A stretch of 64,000 bases of DNA from Amoeboaphelidium protococcarum X5 (taxonomy: Eukaryota; Fungi; Aphelidiomycota): assembly GCA_023515725.1 (NCBI GenBank), contig JALDTO010000192.1:434001-498000 (forward strand). Reading direction: 5' to 3'. This document shows positions 51,491 through 64,000 of the stretch, one piece after another (position 1 is the first letter of the stretch; each line of letters starts with the position of its first letter). The notes beneath the pieces are model-generated. The model made no database searches, was not told the DNA's origin, and saw only the letters and a program-made list of their open reading frames with translations. Both the position numbers and the translations under genes were made by a program.

Positions 51491-53458
51491 TCACAAATTC
51501 TTATTATACCTTCTTACGCGCCAAAAGTAGGCACTAGCACCAGCTGAAACGGACAGAACCAAAATTCCACACACGGCAATGGCCGAAAAGGATCCTGGCG
51601 TGATTGGACCATACACGAATTGACTATCAAAGGTTCCATTATTATTATTTTCATCCTATGAAGAGGTAGTTACCGCAACTGTTGAAGACCGATGCTAAGT
51701 TGCAGTGCTAGTTTAATCATCAACGAACGTAAACTAATGGTTTGAAGACTAAGCGGAAACAGACTAGGTAGATGATTAACTGTGCACAATCAGCGATACT
51801 TACTGCATAGTTACTGAGGACTTTGCGACGGTATTCGTAGCATACAGTGTCATAAAAGATGTGGACCCTGAACTAGCACTGCTATTATCCAAAGTCAAAT
51901 ACGTACTGATACTCTAAATCACATTTGGGACAGTAGACGACACAGGATCTATAGTGCCCGGAGTAGAAACTGTGGACAATACTACTTGAGATGACTAGCC
52001 TTAAGAAGTGCTTGTTTACGGATTGTCACTTACTACACCTAAAAGCGTGGTACTCGTTTACGCAGGAACCGTGATTATTGACGTAGTAGAAATGGTAGAG
52101 ACAGCAGACGAGGACGGTAGAACAGAGGCCAAGATTGACAAAGATGTTGATACTTTTCTTGAAGTCGATAGAGCAGTGGCAGTCAGACCAGCAGTAGACG
52201 TTGCGCGAAAAGTGGATGATGATGCAGTACGGGCGGTGGTACTAGTCGTCGTGGTGCTGGTGCTGGTAGTAGTGGTAGTAGTAGTCGTTGTTGTAGTCGT
52301 CGTTGTAGTCGTCGTTGTAGTTGTCGTAGTAGTTGTCGTAGTAGTAGTAGTCGTGGTTGTTACTCTTAGCGATGCAGGAAGTGCCAGCTAAACGATCTGT
52401 GTACCAGTGGAGTAGTACAGAAATCCTGTAGAAGGATCATACGCAGTCGACACAATACTGGAAGCGCCAGTCGATACATTGTACGCAATAGCGCCTTGTT
52501 AATTAACCAAAACTAGTTGCCCGGTACTGGTGGCAAATATGACATATTTTTCACTAAAAGACAGTGATGATCCTACAGCAGCAGTTAAGTAGCCAGGTAA
52601 ATTTACAGTAGACTATTAAATAAACTGATTTGGAGCATAGTATTGCAGCTTATTAGCACCAGTAGCACCAATTAATCCGATTGACTGATTAAAATACTTC
52701 GAGTATCCATATGATGTAAAAAAAGTGGATGACACCTGTGCAGTGGATAGTTGAGTACCAGTAGATGAGATAAGAGCATAGCTAAATTAATTTCCAGACA
52801 ATGACGTAGATATGAAATACACCATCTAGCTAGAAGACGTAGAACTGATGAGGGCTTGAGATAGATCACATGGAATAGACGGACTAATTCCAGCAGCATT
52901 AGAATAATAGTTGGAACTAGCTCTGTATATCAAAATTCCAGAGTCGAAATTGCAAAGCCCCATTACCGACTCAGACCCATAAAGACCATAAAGAAGGTAG
53001 CCGTTATCATCTACCTAGTTGACTGCACCGCCATATGTCGTGTATGTGGCCGAATTAGATGACGGTCCATAAGCAAAATTGTCCGACGACGATGAAACCT
53101 CAATTATGATCATAAATACGCTGTTTTTCTAACATGATTGCTGGTTACATAGCTAATTGACCTTATTTACGGTGTGACCAAACACGTATAGCTTTGTGCC
53201 ATTTTTATTCAATGCAATGTTTGGAATTACAACATTACTTGCACTTCCAATAGAGTAAGCTTTCATGATAGTGGATGATCCAGTTTAAGCATTGATTGAC
53301 CCAATCAATAGCTGGCTAGATGTAATAACGACACTATATAAAGTACCCCTTTCATCCGATACTAGTAAAGCGTTGCTACTGCCAGTGTTAACAGGAAATT
53401 AAGCAGTAACTAGAAGACACAGATAAGCCAGCAATATTAACGCTAATTGATTGATCAT
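51491..53458 (-). CDS. Type I membrane beta-propeller + long mucin-like Thr/Ser stalk surface protein (655 aa), tandem paralog of 49878-51284
   Basis: Signal MINQLALILLAYLCLLVTA. 'SDERGTLYS' and 'AYDPSTGFLYY' blades. Poly-Thr stalk. TM FSAIAVCGILVLSVSAGASAYFW. Confidence 0.85.
52235..52362 (-). repeat. (ACN)n poly-Thr coding repeat
   Basis: Plus strand reads gtagtagtc/gttgtc triplets, about 40 Thr/Ser codons on the minus strand. Confidence 0.9.
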
Positions 53459-54016
53459 CTTAGTTAATTCCACTAAACTCAGAAATTTTAAGTCAAAGTT
53501 GATTTGGATTCGTAATTAAACTAGAAGTGCATATAAGACAGAAAAAAGAACTTATAATGTAAGGATGTAAGTGATGTAACCATAATATGCCGGTAGTAAT
53601 TTACTGTAATTGATTGGGGCTATTTTTAGACTTGCCGTTGCCGTGTGATCACAGGCCACCTAATTCACACTCGGAGACCTACAGACTTTCATTCACATTT
53701 TTATAAGTAAGACATGTGGAACTACGGTATCCTGGGTCGAAACTTGTCGTGATATTTATGGGCTATCACTCAATAATGACGACAGCTAATGTTACTAGGT
53801 AGTACCAATGCTGATCAAAATTCCGAGAGTCGGGAACGGGGACGCGACGATGATCATCTTCCGTTTCAGGTTGTCTCTTTCGAAGCTCTCGCTTTTCTAG
53901 CTTGCTCTTCCCGAATTATTAAACCTCCTCTCAGCTCACCTCTTCTTCCCACGGCGGGCGCCACTCAAATTCTGTCTGTTCTTATGCCTGTAAAGCGCGT
54001 GCGTAAACCTATAGAG

Positions 54017-55576
54017 ATGAATTCGAAAAATTGGGTAATCTTGGACGGTGGTAATTTGACTCCAGACCTGTTGTACTCTCTAGCGAAAGGGGATCTGAAG
54101 ATTGATTTGAGTCAGAGCGCTTGGGAGTGTGTACAAAAGTCAAGACAGTTCGTGGAGGAACTAGCATCGAAGCCTACGCCCGTGTATGGTATTAATACTG
54201 GATTTGGAAATTTTGCCACCGTGTCAATTCCGGACAATAAGCTGGATGAGCTGCAGGTAAACTTGATTACTAGTCATGCTGCCGGTGTTGGAGATGCTCT
54301 CCCGGTTGAACGTACCCGGATGCTGCTGGCTCTGAGAATCAATGTTCTCGCTAAAGGTTGCAGTGGTATATCCGTCAAAGTCTTAAAGTAGATGGTGGAT
54401 GCATTTAACAATAATTGTCTATCCTTTGTGCCGGAGCAGGGAACTGTTGGCGCGAGTGGAGATTTAGCTCCTCTGTCACATCTGGCTCTTGGACTTATCG
54501 GGCAAGGTCTCATGTATGATGATTAGACTTAATCATACTTGGATGCTATGGAAGTATTGACTAAGCATTAGTTGCAACCTATTGAGTTGAAAGCGAAAGA
54601 GGGATTAGCAATGATCAATGGGACTTAGTTTATCTGTGCACTTGGATGTGAAGCTGTGATGAGAGCCTAGAACTGCTGTCTTGTCGCGGATATTGTTGGT
54701 GCCTTATCTTTGGAGGTATTGAAGGGAACTCCAAAGGCGTTTGATGAGAAGATTCATCAGGTGCGTCCACATACTGGTCAGGTACTTTGTGCTTAGAGAT
54801 TACGAACTCTTCTCAAGTTTGGAGACCCAGATTCGACGCTTCAATAGTCACATTTGTATTGCAGCCAGGTACAAGATTCTTATACTCTACGATGTATGCC
54901 TCAAGTTCACGGCATAGCCAATGATACCGTCAAGTTCACTTACGGAATTTTCAATACTGAATGTAATAGCGCAACTGATAATCCAATGATATTTGCTGAT
55001 TCCAAGCAATCCATCTCTGGCGGAAACTTTCATGGTGAATATGTTGCAAAAGCTTGTGATTTCTTGGCTATTGGAATACATGAACTGGCCAGTATTTCTG
55101 AACGCAGAATCGAGCGCTTGGTTAATTCCAGTCTATCTGGACTGCCACCTTTCCTCACGGAATAAGGTGGTCTGAATAGCGGCTTTATGATTGCTCACTG
55201 TACAGCAGCTAGTCTGGTTAGTGAGAATAAAGTTTTGTGTCATCCAGCATCAGTGGATTCTATCAGTACTTCAGCATCCAAGGAGGACCACGTGTCTATG
55301 GGTGGATTCAGTGCTAGGAAAGCACTTAAAGTTGTGGAACATGTGGAGCGTGTTCTGGCCATTGAGTTGGCGTGCTCATGTCAGGCTTTGGATATGCTGC
55401 GTCCACTGAAGACTACAAGTCATCTGGAGCGCGTGTATGAATGTGTCAGATCAGCCGGAGTCAAGAAATGGATCCAAGACAGGTATATGGCGCCAGATCT
55501 GAACAAGTGCTGGCAACTCGTCAAAAGTGGTGATATTGTGAACGCTGTAGGCCAAGTTGAAGGCTTTAACTTTTGA
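54017..55576 (+). CDS. HAL: Histidine ammonia-lyase
   Basis: 'VYGINTGFG', 'SHAAGVG', MIO-forming '[14 protein letters not shown]', '[10 protein letters not shown](Q)', '[15 protein letters not shown]', 'SGGNFHGEY', 'KEDHVSMG'. An upstream start at 53983 is possible. Confidence 0.96.
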
Positions 55577-55656
55577 AGATTCATGATAAATTAAAAAACG
55601 TATCTTACACACAATTAACGTTCATATCGGCTTATCCTTAAAATCTATAGTCAGAT

Positions 55657-56274
55657 TCATTGGGACTGAATAATATTCGTATTTAACATGGCGCGTTGAG
55701 ACAATAGAGACGACGACAAAACCTCCAGCAATGTGCAGTCAAAGTCTTTGTATGATAATTTGTATATGCGGTAAATGTTTTCTGGATTGTCCTTTATGAA
55801 TCGTAGTACTCTATCATCTATATCAACACTACCAAATATATTCCAAAATTGAGAATCCATATCGCCACTCTTTACTAGTGTCTTATGATCAAAATTTCTA
55901 TCGGCAGTGATTAGTTCAAATGCAGGCAGAATGTTGAAATGAGTAAAGAATTAACCAAGTCCAGGTTGATTATCTCTGAAGAATTACGCGTAATCATGAT
56001 TAAATAGTTCCAGCTTGGACACGGCAACACCGAATGGTATATCCTGTTAATTGAGTCCTTGCTGTAGATGCAACTTAACTTGTCGCATATACACGTCACG
56101 GTCGGCGATCAGTCGCTTGTTTTCAATCAGCTCAACTTTGACTGGCCTCTAATACATTGCACTCACGGTACGTTGCAGATTGCCAGATGTGGTGAGCAGA
56201 ATTCTCTCTATAGCATCAAACGGTCTCTTATTATCACCCACAGGGTCATCCAGCTTCACAAATAATCTGAGCAT
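55657..56274 (-). CDS. Chorismate-lyase/UTRA-fold protein (DUF98/UbiC-like, 205 aa)
   Basis: 'ERILLTTSGNLQRTVSAMYQRPVKVE..YMRQVKL..GVAVS..GLGQFF..YRIYKL..CTLLEVL' resembles the chorismate-lyase family pattern. Confidence 0.65.
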
Positions 56275-56501
56275 AATATCAATCGTCTTTTAATTGTTTT
56301 AGTATTAGCTGATCTTTATGCCTAATTGCAAAAATCGCGACAGTCCGATCCCTCGCCGCCTTTTTCCTGTTTTTCTCTCCCTTGAGCTTGAGAACGGTCA
56401 CTGCATTACTAACGGAGCAATTGTCTTAATCAGATACCACAGTAAATTTTTGTGTTTGCTAGGCGTGATTAGCCAGATATCTAGGATAGTATATTTTTGA
56501 T

Positions 56502-58664
56502 ATGAATAGTGATAAAGTTACGTTATAGCAAGTTCTAGATGGTAATAAGGATGATATCATTCAAAAGTTCACCTCTATGCCGGACTAATTGCATCCTGGA
56601 GATTGGGATGGAACTGAAGTGCTGGGTCTAGAAAATAAATTGACTGATAATATCACTGCTTTAGGAAAGCTATCCAATGATATCGCTGCTATGGATGGTA
56701 GCCATGAATCTCAACTGTGTGTTGAATGCGAGGACTAGCCGTTTAATCTACTTTGTGTGCAGTGCGATGATAGATTTTGCGATGTTTGCTTTCAGTCGGT
56801 TCATCGTAAAGGAAATCGATATCGTCACACTGCGAAGAGGTTAAATGATGATTCTAATCTGCATTAGTAACAGTAGTTAGCATAATAGAACCAACAGCCA
56901 GTAAAAGTTGATGCGGGGGTCGAATAACCGTCTAATGGAGCAGAGGATGTTGAAATGGTTGATGGTGTCCGTGATAGCGGTGATGGCCCTGTACTGACTG
57001 TATCGGATGTGATGTCCTAGGCTCAGTAGCTGATATAGAATGATGCCGCTGTGAATGAGCAGATGATTGAGCGCGCCAAGTTCATTCCACTCAGACTGAG
57101 CTTGAAAGAAAGGAAGGTTTTGAGGCTTCTTGAGGCTGCGCTGAATGTATCAGAGTACACTGATAAGATTGATGTTGTCGGACGTTCGTTTAATAAGGCG
57201 GATAGGATTGTCCATATGATAAAGGATCTATGTGCTATCCTATGTGGCCTGGTGGTCGCTTCTGATTACTCAACTGGCTAGACTCTCATTGCTGATAAAG
57301 ATTATAAATATAACGCCAAGTTCTTTCAGAAAGTTTTTGAAGTTGGTCGACGACACAAGATTATGAATCCGGATCGAATGCGTGATACATACGGCAAGTT
57401 GGTGCATTTACTGATGGACAGCAGATCTAATGAACAGGTACGGGAACTTCTCGAGTTTGATTGTGTCATTGATATAGTCACTGTGCATTCAACTCTCGAA
57501 TAGGCGGATTCGTTAAAATTGCTGCAGGATCCTCTAGTTGCCATTGCGACCAAGGAGATTTCACCCGATTTGTATGAAATAGGCACTGTCACTTCATCGC
57601 AATAATAGTTTTCATCTTATTCATTGAGGAACTCAACTGGCGGAATTAAGCTGTTTGGTGGCAGCAAAAAGTCGAGGAGTAGTGCAGCGAGTACTAGCAG
57701 TGAAGATGAACCTTAATAGGTAAGACAGTAGCAGCAGTAATAATCAACTCATTAGGCGCAGTAATATATAGTCAGGCGAAAGACTAGACGTGAAATTTAA
57801 AATGAGATCAAGCAGAAGGAGAATGCAATTGAAGTCTTGTCCAGGCGGTATTCTAATGATTAGATTAATCAGGAAGCGATCAAGCAGTGTCTCTATTCTA
57901 TTAGTGATAACTCGAGCTATCTAGGCAGTAATGAAGCACCGATAGAGAGAATGATTTAGATGCTTAAAATGTACTTTAAACCAACAGAAGCAAGGCCATC
58001 TTTGTCTATTTAGAGTGGAGTAAATGGAGCAAGACTCGGGCATAGTCACTAGAAGTAGTATTATTATGTTCTTTAGTCCCTTACTTTGTGGAAGGAAATC
58101 ACTCATAATATGTTCAAGCTATGGTACTTGGCAGAGTAGGATCTATTAGAATTGGATAACAGGTACAGACTGGCTGATACTGGACAAGGCTTGAATAGAC
58201 TTCAAAGATCTCCTCGAGTGTCTAAAGAGATTCACCGTATCCTGAATTCCGTCATGAATCAAGTTGGCGCGTCCAATTGGGTAGGATCATCCGTTGTTCA
58301 TTTAGGTGATACCAATGTTCCTAATGCGTTGGTCTTTATTGATAAGTATACCCAGGTGCCACGCATTTTGAATCCTGTGTTGAGTTGTTTAGAGAAAATC
58401 GATCTAGAGTTGAGTAAGAGTAAGAATGTCATGTCTTATGTCGCAAAAGCTCATAAATCAACGTATGATCTCAAAGTTGAGATTTTGTAAGATTTTTTCA
58501 AACATGCATTCGATGGTTCTGGTGGTGATAATTCTTTTAATGCTGGCAGTTGTATTGATGGGCGTCTGACCAGCGCATGGAACTGGACGAATACGATTGA
58601 GAAGAAGTCATACTATCCGATATTCCTTCTCACTGGCTTTGTTGGATTTGACGGAGACTTTTGA
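56502..58664 (+). CDS. B-box zinc finger + DUF2009 (UPF0652) protein
   Basis: B-box CVECEDQP..CVQC.D.FCDVCF..VHRKGNR..H. 'RAKFIPLRLSLKERK.LRLLEAALNVSEYTDKID', 'WVGSSVVHLGDTNVPNALVFIDKY', 'FDGSGGDN..AGSCIDGRLTSAWNW'. Confidence 0.92.
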
Positions 58665-58955
58665 TGTTTTGAAAGGTATATTATTGGTAATATTGTAGGC
58701 ATTTAAAGTCATTAGATTATTTACTTCTTTGATTTGGCGTTCAACTTTCGACTTTTAAATGCGGAATGATCTTCCGAACCTTTGCATTTCTTTGATGAAA
58801 TAATGTTCTTTTGTCACTTTCTTTATTAGCCCCCTTTGAAATTGCGTTTATTTACAAAACAAGAAAATGAGTTATTTCATGATAGTTTATCAAAATCAAA
58901 ATCAATCAAAAACCATAACTTTTAGATTAAAACGGCATCAATTACGCAGTTGAGC

Positions 58956-59561
58956 TCATAACAAAGCGAAAGCAACGGCTGAAACGGCGACGATCATTGC
59001 AGATCCCAACTGAAGAGACGCGCCTCCATTTCCGCTCTAACTATCTTAAGCAGAGGAAGATGGAGCGTCTGACTCTTTACTTCCGTCATTACACTCGCAA
59101 ACGGCTTTTGCTGGATCGACACAAGAGTTAGACTTGACACCACCTTTGGATTCGCATTTAGAATTGCAATCAGAGATCTTGCTCTAACACTGAGTCTCAT
59201 TCTTGCCCAACATCGCGCCTCCATTCAAGTTGGTATTGGAGAAGCACAGACACTGCGAGCTAAATGAGAAGCCATCACACGAGAATGAGTCCACAAGTCT
59301 GGCCTCACCACACACAGAGCTCGAACAGGTAGAATTCATGCTGCCACAAAAATCCTGGACCTTATTACTATCAGGCGCGGACTGAGACGCGTCTTGAGAA
59401 GGCTTGCATGAGCACAGGCCACGGAAAGAGCCGCAAGTAGCATTATTCATTTATCCAGTGGCAGATGAGCAAGCACTAGAACACGACGATTCAAACGATG
59501 GGCAATCAGCGGCCAAAACAGCATTAGCACACGCGAACGCTAAAGCAAAAATCAATTTCAT
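58956..59561 (-). CDS. GPI-anchored Cys-rich protein with three six-cysteine defensin-like (CS-alpha-beta) repeats (201 aa)
   Basis: Signal MKLIFALAFACANAVLA. Three C-x6-C-x3/4-C-x10/11-C-x6-8-C-x-C units. C-terminal SGNGG..AMIVAVSAVAFALL. Confidence 0.85.
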
Positions 59562-60399
59562 TATCAAGCAGAAGGATTTATTCAAATATGGATATTATTT
59601 TTAAATTTAAAAAATCAATTGTACCAATATTCTGTAGATGGAAAAGAACGCGAAACTAGTTGCGGAGATGCAAATTACGGATATCCACCAATTAGCATAC
59701 CCCTTTACTCTGACGTATAGTCGTACCCCTGGTCTTTTCAATAACTAGAATACCTTCTAATGTACTTGGCCTTTTTTGGCTGTCTGTCTCTACATTTTCA
59801 CGGGTTCAACGTGACACACGTGTTTCAGTTGGACCACCAATCATTAGCACAGCAGCATTATCATTGAGTCGCGTTTTACCTTTCAGTTTAGGGGGAAGTT
59901 GAAAGTTCAACTATTACACTTAAACTGCTGTATAATGGTTCTTTAGGTAGAGCCGCTGCTGTTCGCTTTTAAGTCAACTTTAACTGTCTTATCACGCTGA
60001 AAATAATGGCTTGATTCATTCAATCCGAGTACGCTAAGCACTGTGTACAGTATTCCAACAAAGCTATTGGGAATGTCAAATTTCGTAGGATTATTGATCC
60101 ATATCTACAGTACGTGACTGAAACATTAACTGGATATCTCAATTTCATCGTTAAATTGACAGTACATCCTTTATCGATCTTAACCAGCGCTATTATCGTC
60201 TTTTTCCTCTACTAAATGCTACGCCTATTCAAGTTTGATTCCTGTTAAATGGATGAACCTATAGTCTTCGCATGGCATGGCCTCGGACGTGGCATGTCCC
60301 GTTGATCATGCCTTGAAACACACATTATAATTCTAAGCGTGTAGTTATGACAGTGGAAAAGTAAAAATACGAAGATCAACGTTCATACAATTGTAAAAT

Positions 60400-61062
60400 T
60401 CAATCTTTTCTGAGGTTATTAAGACGAGCCTCGAGATCATCTCCACCTTCCCCAACGGCGGCGGCCTGTCTTCCAGATTGCCCAACAGCCGACGACTCAC
60501 CGCTGCCAATCACCGCGCCTGGCAGCATTTGATTCACACCAATGCCAATCTCATCCAACACCTACTGTACTATAGCTTCACTTTCCTCTTCATCCTCGCC
60601 CACATCGTCATCCAAAGCGTCATCGATAGTATCACCCATCATCTCCTACTTCATATCCATCATCTCGGACTCTCTCTCAAAATCCATCATGATCTTTTGC
60701 ATCTGAGGCAAGTTTATTCTCTTGTTCATCATCTTGAGTGCCTTGGTCACACCTTTCATGGCATCGGACATTGACTGGTTTGAAGACAGCGTCTAGATTT
60801 TAAGACTAACACCTTGCAGCTATGCTCTCATGCCATAAAACTTTTAAACATAATTCCTGGTCCGCACCAAATCTTTTGCCATGACTTTACATGCGCCCAT
60901 TTGCCCTTTGGCGGCGGACTTTTTAATGTCAGCGATGATTTTCTTCTCCTGCTACTCCAACTTTGTCCTCTCTCTGTCCAAGTCTCTGATCGCTCTAGTT
61001 AAGGCTCTCTAATTCTACCTCAAGAGTTCTTGCGGGGTCTTTCGACTGCCAAATATGTTCAT
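60400..61062 (-). CDS. VPS2: ESCRT-III subunit Vps2/Did4/CHMP2A
   Basis: 'KTPQELLRQNQRAL.RAIRDLDRER..EQQEKKII.DIKK', 'MAKDLVRTR', C-terminal 'DDLEARLNNLRK'. Confidence 0.96.
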
Positions 61063-61188
61063 AATGTAGAGTGATTATGCGGTTGTATTAAGTCGATCTA
61101 CTTGTCTTTATAAAACAGAGAGCGAAATGAAGTAGAGAGACGCGCAGAATTTCCCCCTTACGAATTCTCTGAAAAGATTCAAGTAAAG

Positions 61189-62160
61189 ATGTTGAATGTC
61201 ACAGTGTTGAGTAGTAATAATGATATTCAAAGAGAATATCGCGTCGATCCTGCGTGGACTTTACAATATTTAAAAGTAGGAATTTTTAATTGAATGGAAT
61301 TGTGATAATACAACTATTAGGTAGAATCGATTGCAATTGATTGTCGGATGTGACTCGCAAAGCGTAAAGTTGAAGATTGACGAAGGGCCTTTGCTTAATG
61401 ACTGTGAGCACGATCCTGAGACTTTGCATGTACTAGGAATTGTTGATGGGTCCACCATAGAGGTAGATAATGATTTCATATTTGCTACTAACTTTCCTAT
61501 ATCGAATATATGTTGTAGATTACAACACCTATTAACTAACGCGACAATTTTACTGATGTTAGCCAAGTGGAGAAATTTGAGTTGGATGATGCTGAATACG
61601 AAAAGCGAACAGGTAATTTGGACTAGCTATCTGGATAAGCTATTAATAATGTTATATATTTGAACTTGCGTAGATTCTGTGAGAAATTTTATGCGTGTTA
61701 ATAAGCTTGGTAAACATTCAGATCAGAGGAACTCCTCCGCATCCGACGATCACAGCAATTACGAGAGTTTCCATGGTCATGTTGGTGATCGATGTCAAGT
61801 GCAACTGACTGAAGATGGCTTAAAGCGCAATGGATATATTCGATACGTTGGTAAGATAAATTTCTATGTACATAAGCGATTAAATGTTTTAAAATGTAGG
61901 AAATGTGAATGGGAGGCAGGGATTGTGGATAGGCGTGGAATACGATGAGCCCGTTGGCAGACATGACGGCAGGTAACCTCATTAATACAAACGCGTTAGA
62001 TTTTAAAATTTATTTGGATAAGTGTAGCTTTAAAGGCGTGACATACTTTTAATGTAAGCATGGTCATGGTAGCTTTGTAGCTCCTGATAAAGTACATTTA
62101 AATGGAATAGATGTCGATTAAGACGAAGACCTCTTTGCATCTTCGGAAGATGAGATATGA
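61189..62160 (+). CDS. TBCB: Tubulin-folding cofactor B (Ubl + CAP-Gly); introns 61276-61324, 61463-61518, 61613-61673, 61851-61899, 61973-62027
   Basis: 'LK|NRLQLIVG', 'VEKFELDDAEYEKRT|DSVRNF', CAP-Gly 'VGDRC..G.IRYV|G..WIGVEYDEPVGRHDGS..YF.C..GHGSFV.P'. Confidence 0.93.
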
Positions 62161-62473
62161 CTTTTTCACCAGAACAATATACAATTTATTATCTCAATAA
62201 AGGGCGAAAATATGAAGGCTTCTATTTTTCTATCTATTATATTACTGTATCCAATGTCAGTCGACTTTGAACATTGACAATCGTCGATCTATCGTAGCTA
62301 TTTTAGGCGACAATTTACAGTCACAGAGATTGGCTTGGCAAATAGATTAAGTCTATGATTGGCTGATCGAATATTAATGGTGGTACTACAACATCTAAGG
62401 CTCAATACTGCATTTTCTCTTTTCAACAAAATAAATTTGTGGTAATCTATAAAGCAAGTATAACTAGTAAAAA

Positions 62474-62986
62474 ATGAAAGTTTAATCTGTTGCATTGATT
62501 CTGGCAGTTGTTTCAAGTACATTTGCTGTCTAATCTGAGCCTGCTCCTACTCCTGCTCCTGTTAACGCTGGCGCGTATGGTCAGCCTAGTTAGAATGGCA
62601 CTGCTGGTGGCGCACCTCCTCACCCAAATATTGAGATCACTGACGATGTGAATGCTCCATTTTGTGACGAGATCATCCCTGGCTTCTCACCAATTGCCTA
62701 TGGCTATGGCAATGGTACCACCGCGACTCCATCATCGAGCGGCAGCAACAATGGCACGGATGCTGGCGGCAAAGACGATGCTTCTGCCCCTACTCCAATT
62801 GCTGGCGGCGATGATTAAAAGTCTGAAGATAAGGATGCTGAAGATAAGGATGTGGGCACTCCGAATGCTCCTGCTTATGAGACCGATCCATCATTCTAGG
62901 CTACCAACGGTGCTGAAGGTTTCAGCCAGAAGATTGCATCTCTCGCGTCATTGTCTGCCGTGTCAGTCGCGATGCTTTTCATCTGA
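62474..62986 (+). CDS. Small GPI-anchored low-complexity surface protein (170 aa)
   Basis: Signal MKVQSVALILAVVSSTFA, P/A/G/D-rich body, C-terminal NGA..SLASLSAVSVAMLFI. Confidence 0.82.
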
Positions 62987-63171
62987 TCTGCGCCGCTCTG
63001 TTTCAATGTAGATTGATGTCATGATAATATAGTTATGTTGATATGTGGCGTTGAATATATAATGTAGTTTTTAATTATATCTTTACAAGATTTCTAAACA
63101 ATTTCTTCAATTAAATAAAATTTTCTATTTCGCGCAATGTCAATTCAATTTATCAATCTCAGCGTTATTAA

Positions 63172-64000
63172 TCATGACAAGTATTACATCCATGGCGCCA
63201 TACCGTCATCAAGACGCTTTTACACCAAAAATGGCTTACCTTCGAGTTCGACACTTGCCAATGATTTGTCTTCAACGTGTAAGTTCAGACTACTGCCACC
63301 TACAGCCTGCTGTTTGCTCTAATTGCCATCAGATTTCTTGCTTCCGTGTTCATCGTCAGCACCACTGATCACATTACCACCATCGGAATTGAGGAATCCA
63401 AACCAAAAGCTCTCATAAACCTGATTCTTCTGCTTTCTCTCCTTACCTTCAGCTCTTTGCTTATCTTCAAGTTCTCTTTTCAATTTGGTAGCCTCCGAGA
63501 ATTAACCGCCAATAATGTTGCTAGACACCTTCTCCCACAACTTTCTGCTTTCATGAGCATCCTGCTACTCCAATTGTCTCACCTTCTTTACGGCAGGCAT
63601 GGCCGGTTAAGCTGGAGCATCTGCATTCGAGTCCCCAGTCTCAACTGCAGGCTTCAATTTACTCAAATTAATCAAGCAATGTTTATCAAGATCTTTTTGA
63701 CCAGATGCTGTTTTCATTTAAAAAAACAACTCTTCTTTCCATGAGCCTGTTATTACACACAACACCTTATCATCAGGAACTTTACCTTTGCCGGAATATG
63801 CATTAATAACATCGTCATTAGTCTAATATTTCTAAGCATCATACTTGAATATCTTGGCCTCAATAGCAAATTTAGCTTTACCAAAGAAGGGCTCATCTTT
63901 GTATTCGATTAGACAACACAGCCCAGATTAGGGACATCTTATCACACAGTATCCATTCACCGCAATCCACAAACTAAACTTGAGCCACCCATTAACAAAG
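63172..64000 (-). CDS. Oxysterol-binding protein-related (ORP/Osh), C-terminal part (5' beyond window)
   Basis: 'IEYKDEPFFG', 'ITGSW', 'KVRQLEQQDAHESRKLWEKVS..ATKLKRELEDKQR..KERK'. TGA 63174-63172. Confidence 0.88.

Noticed and set aside
52008-52391. Poly-Val ORF on the + strand (likewise 3775-4020 on the - strand)
   Set aside because: These are antisense shadows of poly-Thr mucin stalks.
53789-54016. Long N-terminal extension of HAL in the ORF track
   Set aside because: It resembles CT-rich promoter/UTR sequence, and homology begins at about 54017.
59620-60340. Fragmentary minus-strand reading frames
   Set aside because: Interrupted by TGA in all frames with no recognisable domain. Possibly a decayed gene, but unsupported.

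Overview
This is a gene-dense eukaryotic window that uses a non-standard nuclear genetic code. TAA and TAG are read as Gln and TGA is the only stop (translation table 6), so the supplied standard-code ORF track fragments almost every gene. The code, the fungal/opisthokont-like proteins, the short 49-73 nt GT-AG introns and the compact intergenic regions point to an aphelid, probably Amoeboaphelidium, an intracellular parasitoid of algae (inference). Re-read in code 6, the window holds about 35 genes. Housekeeping genes: TOP2, a PXA-RGS-PX sorting nexin, a CRAL-TRIO protein, RPC34, ZNF277, an ASH1-like SET protein, eIF1A, SYF1, RPS28, SF3B1, a DHHC palmitoyltransferase, FUN30, SEC15, a prolidase, PPP4R2, HAL, a DUF2009 protein, VPS2, TBCB and an OSBP. 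There is also an RNase MRP RNA gene. Accessory genes: four proteins with a signal peptide, a C-terminal RING domain and no transmembrane helix, in two families (candidate secreted E3 ubiquitin-ligase effectors, the main finding); an island of secreted disordered proteins at 12.5-20 kb; four beta-propeller/TM surface proteins, three with a mucin-like stalk and one split by an 815-nt structured insert; and a GPI-anchored triple defensin-like protein. All coordinates and translations were done by hand, and start codons are best guesses.
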